NCBI GenBank assembly: GCA_002011125.2
Contig: MTMF02000009.1
Coordinates: 712,989 to 776,988 of the forward strand
Reading direction: 5' to 3'
From: Candidatus Hydrothermarchaeum profundi
Lineage (GTDB): Archaea > Hydrothermarchaeota > Hydrothermarchaeia > Hydrothermarchaeales > Hydrothermarchaeaceae
Length of the DNA: 64,000 nucleotides
This document shows, one piece after another, positions 19,197 through 27,888 of this stretch. The translations under genes and the position numbers were made by a program. The notes beneath the pieces are model-generated. The model was given only the letters and a program-made list of their open reading frames with translations. It did no database searches and had not been told where the DNA came from. Every line of letters starts with the position of its first letter. Position 1 is the stretch's first letter.

Positions 19197-20297
19197 ATGG
19201 AATTCGATGCAATAATAGTTGGCGGTAGTTTCGCAGGTTTGACTACAGCTTATTATACGAGGGCTGAAAATCTATTAGTATTAGAGAAAGAGAAGGGTCT
19301 AGGAATCAAGCAGAAGTCTACATGTTGCGCTCCGGTAGACTGGGTAAGTAAGCTAGGAGCTAGGAAAAGTATTCTCAGTAAATTTGATAAAATCGTATTC
19401 CACTCTCCTAAAGAAAGGGCTGAAATCGATCTGCCTATTTACTACTGCACTATCGACTACAAGGTGTTTTGCGAGTCTCTCGCCTCTCAATTAAGAAATA
19501 CTACGATAATGACCAATACAAAAGTAACTGGAGTTAAAGAAAATGGAGTTAAAAAGGTTGTATGCAGTGAAAAGGAGTTTTCCTCTGATATCCTTGTTGA
19601 TGCTAGCGGATGGAGAGCGGTGCTAGCAACAAGTCTCTCTCAGGGGTTGCATGATGTAAAATTCAATATTAGGGGTATAGAGTCCGAGGTGGAATATGAT
19701 ACTGACTATATACACATGTTTTTTGGTAGGCGATTTATCCCGGGAGGCTACGCTTGGATTTTCCCAACTAAAGATGGTCTTTCTAGAGTTGGGCTGGGTA
19801 GCTTTAGAAGGCTGAATCTTTTAGAATTTCAGAGGGGTTTCCTAGAGTTTTTAGGAATCAAGGCGAAAGATTTGCGATATCATGGCGGTATAATCCCCTG
19901 CCTTGGCCTGAGGGACCCAGTAGTGGATAATATTTTCGTCGTTGGTGATGCAGCTGGTCAAGTCCTTCCGGTATCAGGTGAGGGGATCAGAAAAGCTTTT
20001 ATCTATAGCAAGTTATGTGGTGATCTTATATCTAAAGTTTTGTTGGATGATATAAGTCTTAGTGAGGCTTTAAGAGTATATGAGAGAGAAGTTCTACAAG
20101 GAAAGAAATTTTATGATGCCCTCCTTTTCCTTCAAAATATAGTATTTCGTGCACCAGATTGGGCGTTAAACAGGGTGATAAGAAAAGCCGCTAGGGATAG
20201 GTCGATACCGAGAGAGCTTCTAAAAGTATACTACTCGGAAAGTCATGAGTATACCAAGACTAAAATCTTGCAGCAACTTTTGAAAATCTTGCTTTAA
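19197..20297 (+). CDS. Geranylgeranyl reductase-family FAD oxidoreductase
   Basis: GGSFAG, PGGYAWIFP, VGDAAGQV..GEGI. Confidence 0.85.
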   Translation: MEFDAIIVGGSFAGLTTAYYTRAENLLVLEKEKGLGIKQKSTCCAPVDWVSKLGARKSILSKFDKIVFHSPKERAEIDLPIYYCTIDYKVFCESLASQLRNTTIMTNTKVTGVKENGVKKVVCSEKEFSSDILVDASGWRAVLATSLSQGLHDVKFNIRGIESEVEYDTDYIHMFFGRRFIPGGYAWIFPTKDGLSRVGLGSFRRLNLLEFQRGFLEFLGIKAKDLRYHGGIIPCLGLRDPVVDNIFVVGDAAGQVLPVSGEGIRKAFIYSKLCGDLISKVLLDDISLSEALRVYEREVLQGKKFYDALLFLQNIVFRAPDWALNRVIRKAARDRSIPRELLKVYYSESHEYTKTKILQQLLKILL

Positions 20298-20330
20298 ATA
20301 GGGAATTTTGGACATGGGTAAAAGAATTGA

Positions 20331-21146
20331 TTGAGGGATCGGATGAATATAACTAAAATAGGTAGAAGATTGTTGAATTTAACCTTATATTTATTTATAT
20401 TACTTCTTTTATTGAATGTGCTATCTTTTAGCCTCTTAATGCCATTTCCAAAAATTATTCCGCAATCTTCTAACGATCTCTATGCATATGGCAATTGGGC
20501 CGCAGTTGGAATAAGCCTTTTGATTTTTTCTCTTTTTGTTTTAAGCTATATTTCTCCTTTAGAAAAAAAGCATTGGAAGGCATTAGGAATATACGAGGCC
20601 TTTTTGGTTGCACTCTTCACAGAAATGTACGGGTTTCCTCTAACTATATTTCTCCTCTCATCATTCTTAGGACTAGACCTTTCATTTGACCACGTAGGCG
20701 GGCATCTATCCGCAGTATTATTGTCAAAGCTAGGGGTCATGCAAATAAATACTGCGTGGGCTTTAGTCATGGTGTTAAGCAACTTACTCATTGTTGTAGG
20801 CCTAATTTTGATTATCAAAGGATGGAAGAAAATCTATAGATCAAATGGGCTACTTGTAAAAGACGGTGTGTATAGATATATGCGTCATCCACAGTATACG
20901 GGTATCCTCTTAATAACTGTAGGATTTATTGTCCAATGGCCAACTATTATTACAATCATTATGTGGCCTATTCTACTGGTATCTTACTATAGGTTGGCTA
21001 AAAAAGAAGAAAAAACATTGATAAAAGAGTTTCAGGATGAATACTTACAATATGTCAGCGAAACCCCTATGTTCTTACCAAAATTAAATGTATTTGGCTT
21101 CATAAGCGTAGTTATGAACAAACTAAAGAAGCTGAATTCTAGGTGA
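20331..21146 (+). CDS. Isoprenylcysteine carboxyl methyltransferase family membrane protein
   Basis: ALFTEMYGFPLT, GVYRYMRHPQY, EE motif; start may be ATG 20343. Confidence 0.88.
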   Translation: MRDRMNITKIGRRLLNLTLYLFILLLLLNVLSFSLLMPFPKIIPQSSNDLYAYGNWAAVGISLLIFSLFVLSYISPLEKKHWKALGIYEAFLVALFTEMYGFPLTIFLLSSFLGLDLSFDHVGGHLSAVLLSKLGVMQINTAWALVMVLSNLLIVVGLILIIKGWKKIYRSNGLLVKDGVYRYMRHPQYTGILLITVGFIVQWPTIITIIMWPILLVSYYRLAKKEEKTLIKEFQDEYLQYVSETPMFLPKLNVFGFISVVMNKLKKLNSR

Positions 21147-21793
21147 CAATCCAGGAGGTCATATTGTTGAGTGGAAAAGAATTTGTTGAAAGAAAGTATG
21201 ATAGTATATCCCGTTTTTATGACTTTTTCGAATTACCGATGGAGCTACTTTTCTTTAAAAGATGGAGGCGCCTTGCGATTTCAAGGTTAAAAAGTGGTAG
21301 AGTTCTTGAAGTTGGCGTTGGAACGGGAAAAAATCTACCTTATTATGATAGTTCTTTTGAAATATATGGGATAGATATAAGCGAAAAAATGCTATTAAAA
21401 GCCAAAAAAAGAGCTAAAAGATTAAATATATCTCTAAAAATTTATAAAATGGATGTTCAGAATCTCGAATTCCCAGATAATTACTTTGACGGTGAATTTT
21501 CTACGTTTGTATTTTGCTCTGTGCCCGATCCTATTGCTGGCCTTTCTGAATTGATGAGAGTTTTGAAAAAGGATGGAATAGCAGTATTTTTAGAGCATGT
21601 TAGGCCAAAGGGTTTATTAGGTCTTATATTTGATTTTTTTAATCCTATTAGTGTGAGGCTAATAGGAGTTAATATAAATAGAAATACGGTGGAGAATATC
21701 AAAGAAGCGGGCTTTGAAATACTAGAGGAGAATGATCTCTTATTTGATGTTTTCAAATTAATAGTTGCTAAACCATTAGGCAAAGAAGTTTAA
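21143..21793 (+). CDS. Class I SAM-dependent methyltransferase
   Basis: VLEVGVGTGKN, FVFCSVPDP, LEHV. Confidence 0.9.
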   Translation: MTIQEVILLSGKEFVERKYDSISRFYDFFELPMELLFFKRWRRLAISRLKSGRVLEVGVGTGKNLPYYDSSFEIYGIDISEKMLLKAKKRAKRLNISLKIYKMDVQNLEFPDNYFDGEFSTFVFCSVPDPIAGLSELMRVLKKDGIAVFLEHVRPKGLLGLIFDFFNPISVRLIGVNINRNTVENIKEAGFEILEENDLLFDVFKLIVAKPLGKEV

Positions 21794-21866
21794 AAGGAGA
21801 CACGGGATGGGTCCAAAACCGAGGAAGTAGGAGGTGAGAGAGGAATGGACCCATCCTGCAGCTTCT
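21790..21866 (-). ncRNA. Candidate small RNA: 11-13 bp stem with 30-nt CU-rich (anti-Shine-Dalgarno-like) loop
   Basis: Inverted repeat GGATGGGTCCA (21805-21815)/TGGACCCATCC (21846-21856); minus-strand TATAAATA at 21895-21888; U-run right after the stem; ends approximate. Confidence 0.55.
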
Positions 21867-22091
21867 AAATAATAAACTAGTTGTCATTATTTATATCTCT
21901 ATTGCTTACAAATCGCAAAAAATAAAAAATAAAATCTTACTATATGTAATAATAAAGAACCATATCCATTATAATTATCACACTAATTTTGGATGAACGC
22001 TTATCAATTTGCCAAAAAAAGAGTACCTACCTTTACCCCAAATGAACCCTAAAACTTATTAAAAAAAGGAAAAAGAGTAGAAATGTACTTT

Positions 22092-22160
22092 TTACATACA
22101 ACTCTTGTGACATTTACATGTTGAATATTTATCTTTTTTTTCAAGCTTTTTGATTTTCAT
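22092..22160 (-). CDS. 22-aa Cys/His microprotein MKIKKLEKKDKYSTCKCHKSCM (copy 1)
   Basis: ATG..TAA read manually; RBS GGTGAGGTG; upstream BRE/TATA motif; T-rich tract downstream; paralog at 25528-25596. Confidence 0.85.
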   Translation of the reverse strand: MKIKKLEKKDKYSTCKCHKSCM

Positions 22161-22196
22161 CTATAACACCTCACCTTATGACTATAAGTCTAGTTT

Positions 22197-22215
22197 TATA
22201 TAGTTTTTTACTGCA
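22197..22215 (-). promoter_or_regulatory. Promoter motif TGCAGTAAAAAACTATATA (BRE/TATA-like), copy 1
   Basis: Identical 19-mer at 25635-25653, at nearly the same distance from each peptide ATG. Confidence 0.75.
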
Positions 22216-22337
22216 GAAATACTATATATTCTAATATAAATTTTTAATAAAGCATACACATATATGAATTATTTATCAAAGTGAAGAAAATTAAATTCTG
22301 AATCCTCAATCCTCAAGCCTTCTCAAAGAATCTGGCA

Positions 22338-24776
22338 TTATTTCTCTTTAATATACTTGGTATCAGATAAAATTGTCATAATTATGCCAAGGATGAAAAA
22401 TATTATGCCTAACCAGATTTCATTTATAAGAGGTTTCAACTTCACAGTTATAGGAATCTCACCTTCTCCATATACTCCATCGAATATAACGAAAACGTCC
22501 CTCAATAAGCTTCTATCTATTAGAGGTCTTCTAGCAATTCCATTTTTATAAGTTTCAACTTTTGCTACACCTCCTCCAATTCTGTTATAACCTTTGTAAA
22601 CATCTATTTTTATTTGTTGGATGGTCTTATATGGACTACCCTTAAGATTTTGTTGAAACTCTTCAAATCGGGGCGACAAAACTATTATATCAAAAGTTTT
22701 ATTCAGAGTCTGACTTGTAAAATTTAGCAGCAATGTGGCATCATAAACTACTAACTCAATCCCCCTCGGGACGTTGGCTTTATTGACAGCGACCCATAAA
22801 GTCTTGTTATCTCCTACAAGCTTGATATAGGTGTTATGTTCCAATTGTATTACTTCCTCAACTATGCCTCGAATAGTATAGGAATCTCTATAACTGCCTT
22901 GGGCAATTTCATTATATAACTCAGAAACGCTTATCCCTGGAGGAGAATAATACTCTATTTTCTCTTCACTTCCATAATCTACGATTTCTTTATAGTCTAA
23001 TAGCATAATAGAGTAGGGGCTCCATCCTTCTCCGGAATGCACGCCCCAGGTTCCAAGCCTACCAAATCCTTCATGTACTTTTGCGGGTTCAATGCTTATA
23101 AGTTGGCCCTTATTATTGAGGCTTAAAGTAGCTGAAAAGTTGGAAGTAAAGAGACTGGAAAACACGATTCCAAGGCTAATTAACACTACCCCTAAATGAA
23201 TAGAAATTATTCCCAACTCTTTAATCTTGTATTTTTTCCTACTACCTTCTGAAATTCTCAATCTCCATCTTTCTATTGCAGCAAAAAAAATATAAATTGA
23301 GGGAGGTATTATGCTAAGTGCAGAGGTAGATCCTATAACTCGATATAATAAGGGTTTTGAAGAACTTACTATTGCTGTGTAATCAATTATGTTGAAATTT
23401 TCATTGGGTTTTATTATACCGGCTATTAGTGTAAAAACTGAGAACCCTATGAAAGCTAACATTGCTCGCCTCCTGATTGATTCATGGTAATGTAATCCTA
23501 GGCCTACGAGAAGGAGCATTATTATGAAGAATGGAAAAATCCAAAGATTGAAGAACTGGACGGTGACAGCGTATTTCTTCGTAGTAAGTGATTTAATTAT
23601 TGGGGGGTAAGTTATACCAAAAAAAGAGATAAAAGTAATTATTAAAATGACTAATATTGCTGCATAAAAGATGTTAGTCCTATTCAATATGCGATTTTCC
23701 TCTTTTTCTATTTTTTCTGTTTTCAAATATTTTATTATTCCTAACACCAGAGGAAGAATAAAAGATCCTACAGCCAATATTATGATGAACTTCCCAACGT
23801 TTCCTGAAATGAAAGAGTGTACAGATTCAAAAATACCACTTCTAGTAACCATAGTCGCATATACTACAAAAGAAAATGAAAACGATACAAGCACCGGTGC
23901 TAGAATATTATATCTCTCCTTATTTCTTCTTAGTTCTACTACTGTATGTATTGCCCCGGTCAGCATCAGCCACGGGAGGAGCATAGCTGTCTCAACCGGG
24001 TCCCATGCCCAGAATCCTCCCCATCCCAAGGTCTTATAAGCCCAGATACCTCCAAATGCCATAGAGAGGGTCGAGAAAAGCCAAGAAACCCTTAGCCACT
24101 GGATACCTTTTTCTATCCATATCCTATGCGCGACTTCTTCGTTCTTCCCCCTAAAGGTAAGGTATAGGTAGACCAAAGCGCCGGCAAACGGTACAGTAGT
24201 ACCTGCATACCCAAGAAAGGTGGTCAAAGGGTGAGTAGCCATCCATGGGTCAAGCAATAAGGGGTTTAGACCATTACCGTCTTCAGGGATAAAATCCTTA
24301 GGTAATTCGAGGTAGAGTTGATGAATAGTCTTGAAGGGAGAATCAAGTAATGTTAGAAAACTAAAATACAATGCAAGAAAAATAACTATTATCTGCGTTT
24401 TCTTGACAAAATCCGATGTACTATCCTTAGTTTCATTAAGCCAAAGGCTACCAATACCTATAAGAGCTGCCCAGAAAAGGAGAGTGCCCTGTTGACCCGC
24501 TAAAGCTCCTGAGAGTCGATAGTATAGTGGATAATACTTACTAGAAAATGCCCATACGTAGTTTAAGCTAAAATCACTAACTGCGAAGTAATATGAAAGC
24601 AATATAAAGTCTAAGAAAAGCACTGTGGAGAATCCTCTAATAAGCCATTTTACATAATTGCTAAATTTTAAAAGGAAATTCAGTTGCTCGCATATTAAAC
24701 CCGCAAGTGCTACTACAGCTAGAATAACACTTATATAGAGTAGTAAGTCGCCTATCGGAGTTGTGAGGTTAAGCAT
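22338..24776 (-). CDS. ccmF: Cytochrome c heme lyase CcmF/NrfE family, long form with C-terminal insertion
   Basis: AGQQGTLLFW, GNGLNPLL, HP, LGWGGFWAWDPVE (WWD), SVHSF, HLG. Confidence 0.92.
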   Translation of the reverse strand: MLNLTTPIGDLLLYISVILAVVALAGLICEQLNFLLKFSNYVKWLIRGFSTVLFLDFILLSYYFAVSDFSLNYVWAFSSKYYPLYYRLSGALAGQQGTLLFWAALIGIGSLWLNETKDSTSDFVKKTQIIVIFLALYFSFLTLLDSPFKTIHQLYLELPKDFIPEDGNGLNPLLLDPWMATHPLTTFLGYAGTTVPFAGALVYLYLTFRGKNEEVAHRIWIEKGIQWLRVSWLFSTLSMAFGGIWAYKTLGWGGFWAWDPVETAMLLPWLMLTGAIHTVVELRRNKERYNILAPVLVSFSFSFVVYATMVTRSGIFESVHSFISGNVGKFIIILAVGSFILPLVLGIIKYLKTEKIEKEENRILNRTNIFYAAILVILIITFISFFGITYPPIIKSLTTKKYAVTVQFFNLWIFPFFIIMLLLVGLGLHYHESIRRRAMLAFIGFSVFTLIAGIIKPNENFNIIDYTAIVSSSKPLLYRVIGSTSALSIIPPSIYIFFAAIERWRLRISEGSRKKYKIKELGIISIHLGVVLISLGIVFSSLFTSNFSATLSLNNKGQLISIEPAKVHEGFGRLGTWGVHSGEGWSPYSIMLLDYKEIVDYGSEEKIEYYSPPGISVSELYNEIAQGSYRDSYTIRGIVEEVIQLEHNTYIKLVGDNKTLWVAVNKANVPRGIELVVYDATLLLNFTSQTLNKTFDIIVLSPRFEEFQQNLKGSPYKTIQQIKIDVYKGYNRIGGGVAKVETYKNGIARRPLIDRSLLRDVFVIFDGVYGEGEIPITVKLKPLINEIWLGIIFFILGIIMTILSDTKYIKEK

Positions 24777-24794
24777 TCTGCCCTCCCCTATAAG

Positions 24795-25265
24795 TTATTG
24801 TATGTTGTCATAGTAGAAATCCCGCACTTCTTTAATTATACTATAAAACTTCTCCTTCGGCACGTAACCAGGGACCTTCGTTATAACTTCTCCTTCGGGC
24901 GTCAGAAAAAGCTCATAAGGAGGTGCTTGTACATTGAATCTACGGGTGTCTTGCTTATTAACGTCCATATCTACGGCTATGAGTACAAAGTCCTTCTCTA
25001 ATATCTCAAAAGTAGGCTCATAAGGAAACACTTCAACTTGCATTTTCTCGCAATAGGTACACCAGATGGTCCAAAAATAAACAAAGATGGGTTTATTAAG
25101 TTCTCGGGCCACTTTAGCTCCTTCATCGTATGAGTTATACCATCGGAGTCCACTTAGGTATGTGTATTTCTCGTCGCTCACCATTGGAGTCGCATTAACT
25201 GCGTAATATACATAGACACCGATCACAACTAGTGCGGCAATAGTGAGTAGTTTTTTAGTTTTCAC
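24795..25265 (-). CDS. Membrane-anchored thioredoxin-fold protein (SoxW/DsbD-gamma-like)
   Basis: N-terminal TM, WCTYC. Confidence 0.85.
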   Translation of the reverse strand: MKTKKLLTIAALVVIGVYVYYAVNATPMVSDEKYTYLSGLRWYNSYDEGAKVARELNKPIFVYFWTIWCTYCEKMQVEVFPYEPTFEILEKDFVLIAVDMDVNKQDTRRFNVQAPPYELFLTPEGEVITKVPGYVPKEKFYSIIKEVRDFYYDNIQ

Positions 25266-25281
25266 AGCTGATCTAGCCTCG

Positions 25282-25470
25282 TTATTCTGTTTTCTTTTTC
25301 ATTGCGAAGTGGTTGCCGTGGGAATGTTTCCCCATTAATTTAAGATCTCCAACTAGACCAAAGATGAATCCTAAGCCCGGGGCGATATAGGTATACGGAC
25401 CTCCCAAGTATTGACCGATTACCAGTCCGCCAAAAAATCCTACACAGCACATCATGTCAAGATCCCTCAC
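25282..25470 (-). CDS. Small 2-TM protein with CC motif and His-rich tail
   Basis: MMCCVGFFGG..., HSHGNH; true start probably the ATG of MMCC. Confidence 0.6.
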   Translation of the reverse strand: MRDLDMMCCVGFFGGLVIGQYLGGPYTYIAPGLGFIFGLVGDLKLMGKHSHGNHFAMKKKTE

Positions 25471-25527
25471 TAGACGTTATAATGGGCTTTTGCACTTTTG
25501 TCGATCCTTTTATCTTATAGAGGCCTG

Positions 25528-25596
25528 TTACATACAACTTTTATGGCATTTGCAGGTCGAATACCTGTTTTCTTTCTCAACTTTTTTGATTTTCAT
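25528..25596 (-). CDS. 22-aa Cys/His microprotein MKIKKVEKENRYSTCKCHKSCM (copy 2)
   Basis: ATG..TAA read manually; RBS GGGTGA; shared promoter motif; paralog of 22092-22160. Confidence 0.85.
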   Translation of the reverse strand: MKIKKVEKENRYSTCKCHKSCM

Positions 25597-25634
25597 CTAT
25601 CAATCACCCTAAAGCTCTACATACATGAACAGAA

Positions 25635-25653
25635 TATATAGTTTTTTACTGCA
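25635..25653 (-). promoter_or_regulatory. Promoter motif TGCAGTAAAAAACTATATA, copy 2
   Basis: Identical to 22197-22215. Confidence 0.75.
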
Positions 25654-25752
25654 AAAAATAAGTATTTATTTATATTAATCTTACAAAATGCAAAGATCAA
25701 TTTTTTTTTAATTATACTTAAGAAAGTCTTTACTATTGAGGATTAGAGGCTA

Positions 25753-26250
25753 TCAGGTAATAGAAGTTAGGGTTTTTAAAAAATCTTTCGCATCGATAAA
25801 GCCTACAATCTTTTTGATGATTTTTCCTTCCGGATCAACGAACACTAAGGTGGGGGTTCCTCGAACACCGAATTTTATTATTATTGGGATGTTCTCTCTA
25901 TCATTCACATCAATAGATGCTAGTATGAAATTCTCTTCTAGAGCAGATTTTACTTTTTTGTCTGATAGTACATCTGAGTCGAATTTCATACACCATACAC
26001 AGGACTCTGATCTGAAGTAGACTAGCGTTGGTTTTCTGGACTCGCCGGCTATCTTAACTGCTTTGTCATAAGATGTATAAAATGGTAGTCCGGAGATTAG
26101 GATGATTTCTTCATTCGGATCTGAAATATTCCCTAGAGAGCCTATTTCAGTTATTTTCTCGGTATCACCTCTGATTCCATAGATTCCCCAAAAAATAGCA
26201 AAGGATGCTAGTAACACTACAGCTATAATGAGAATTTTCTGTATCTCCAC
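25753..26250 (-). CDS. Membrane-anchored thioredoxin-fold protein
   Basis: N-terminal TM, CVWC, GVRGTPT. Confidence 0.85.
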   Translation of the reverse strand: MEIQKILIIAVVLLASFAIFWGIYGIRGDTEKITEIGSLGNISDPNEEIILISGLPFYTSYDKAVKIAGESRKPTLVYFRSESCVWCMKFDSDVLSDKKVKSALEENFILASIDVNDRENIPIIIKFGVRGTPTLVFVDPEGKIIKKIVGFIDAKDFLKTLTSIT

Positions 26251-26544
26251 GTTGCATCGCCTTTTCTATTAAAAAACGTAATACCAAGTTTTTATTCTCT
26301 TTCCCAAATTTCACCCAAATCAGCTGAGATAATTAACATTAAGTTTGCTGTTTAATCTAAAAAATAACTCTAATATATAATTATAAGTCTTCTTCAAGCT
26401 TTAATAATTCTAATTTCATGTAATTAGACGATATTTTATCTTTTTTATTAAAATTAAAATAGAAAAATATGAAGACAGCAAACGGTATTGGAGGCAAAAT
26501 ATTACAGTAATTGTGGGTGAATACCTGAAAAAGGAGGATAAGAT

Positions 26545-27054
26545 ATGAAAAAAAATTTAATATTCGCCGTGGTTTCCGCAATGGCTACGGGATTAATTCT
26601 CATGTTTTTTATTCTATATCTTACAAATACTCCGAGTGAAGCTATAAGCGAGGCAGATGTTACAAAGACGGTCAATGGTAATCAAGAAAAGACAGATGAG
26701 TACTACACTAGAGTAAGTCCTGGAAATATTGAAGTAACCGCTATTTTTTTAAATCCAAATTATGGTGATAAATTCGAGAGTTCTATAGCCTTTTATATTC
26801 GGTTAGATACCCACTCGGGGGATCTCTTCTCATATGATATAGAGGAATTAACTGAGTTGATTGATAATGACGGCAGGAGATATAAGCCAATAAAATGGTC
26901 AGAATCAGAGAATTCATGGGGGCATCATAGATCTGGACTATTGGAATTTGAAAGATTCGATAAAAGCGGGAGGGATCTTCTAAGTCAAGAGCGTTTGAAA
27001 CTTGTAATTAAGGGGATAGAGAGAGACATAGAGTTTGTGTGGGACGTGGAGTGA
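26545..27054 (+). CDS. Membrane-anchored hypothetical protein with His motifs
   Basis: AGGAGG RBS; LDTHSGDL and GHHRSG motifs. Confidence 0.7.
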   Translation: MKKNLIFAVVSAMATGLILMFFILYLTNTPSEAISEADVTKTVNGNQEKTDEYYTRVSPGNIEVTAIFLNPNYGDKFESSIAFYIRLDTHSGDLFSYDIEELTELIDNDGRRYKPIKWSESENSWGHHRSGLLEFERFDKSGRDLLSQERLKLVIKGIERDIEFVWDVE

Positions 27055-27634
27055 TAAAGTGGATAGGAGGTACATCTACGCATTCTTAGGGAGTTTTTCT
27101 TTAACCATTCTCTACATTGGTATAACCTCCTTAGGTGGAGGAGTCGAGCTTTTTAAGGCAGAGTTTAGAGAGTTGTGGTATTTTTTGCTACCCCTCATAG
27201 GAGGTTTTGGGCTACAAATATGGTTGTTTAGCCATATCAGACTATATGGGAAAGGCGAAGGGAAAAAAGAGGTTGCTACAACAGGCTGTGTTTCGACAGG
27301 TTCTATGATTGCATGTTGTGCTCACCATGTCACAGATATATTGCCCTTTGTTGGTTTGACTGCAGCTGCGGTAGTTTTAGCCGACTATCAACGCCCCCTC
27401 CTTTTGATAGGGAACCTCTCTAATGTAATAGGAGCGATATGGATGCTAGATATAATTCAAAAGTTTCATCTATACAGCGAGGAAAGCAGGTTTAAGGCCC
27501 TTGAGAGAATTCATTTTGGAGCGTTAAAGTGGCATATTATACTTTCTGCCATAGCGATATTTATAGTATATCTTATAATTTATAATCCATCGAAAATAAA
27601 TGTGGAAGAAATGCTAAAATTAGCAAGTTCCTGA
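27035..27634 (+). CDS. Membrane protein with CCAHH motif (putative metal binding)
   Basis: 'STGSMIACCAHH', several TM; start uncertain. Confidence 0.7.
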   Translation: MCGTWSDKVDRRYIYAFLGSFSLTILYIGITSLGGGVELFKAEFRELWYFLLPLIGGFGLQIWLFSHIRLYGKGEGKKEVATTGCVSTGSMIACCAHHVTDILPFVGLTAAAVVLADYQRPLLLIGNLSNVIGAIWMLDIIQKFHLYSEESRFKALERIHFGALKWHIILSAIAIFIVYLIIYNPSKINVEEMLKLASS

Positions 27635-27696
27635 TGAAACATATTACGCACTGAGTCTATTCGTAATTCCCTGAGACAATGGTTGTATATCGTCCT

Positions 27697-27888
<192 letters not shown>

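Noticed and set aside
21807-21868. Plus-strand micro-ORFs MGPKPRK (21807-21830) and MDPSCSF (21845-21868) with SD-like sequences
   Set aside because: Seven codons each, start codons lie within the stem, no paralog or conservation evidence; the minus-strand RNA reading explains the TATA box and U-run better
22092-25596. Calling the microproteins methanobactin precursors
   Set aside because: Resemblance is limited to a Lys-rich N-terminus and SCM ending; no MbnB/MbnC (DUF692) gene is visible in the window
26381-26581. 66-aa minus-strand ORF, and similar 31919-32140
   Set aside because: AT-rich promoter regions of well-supported opposite-strand genes; no motifs
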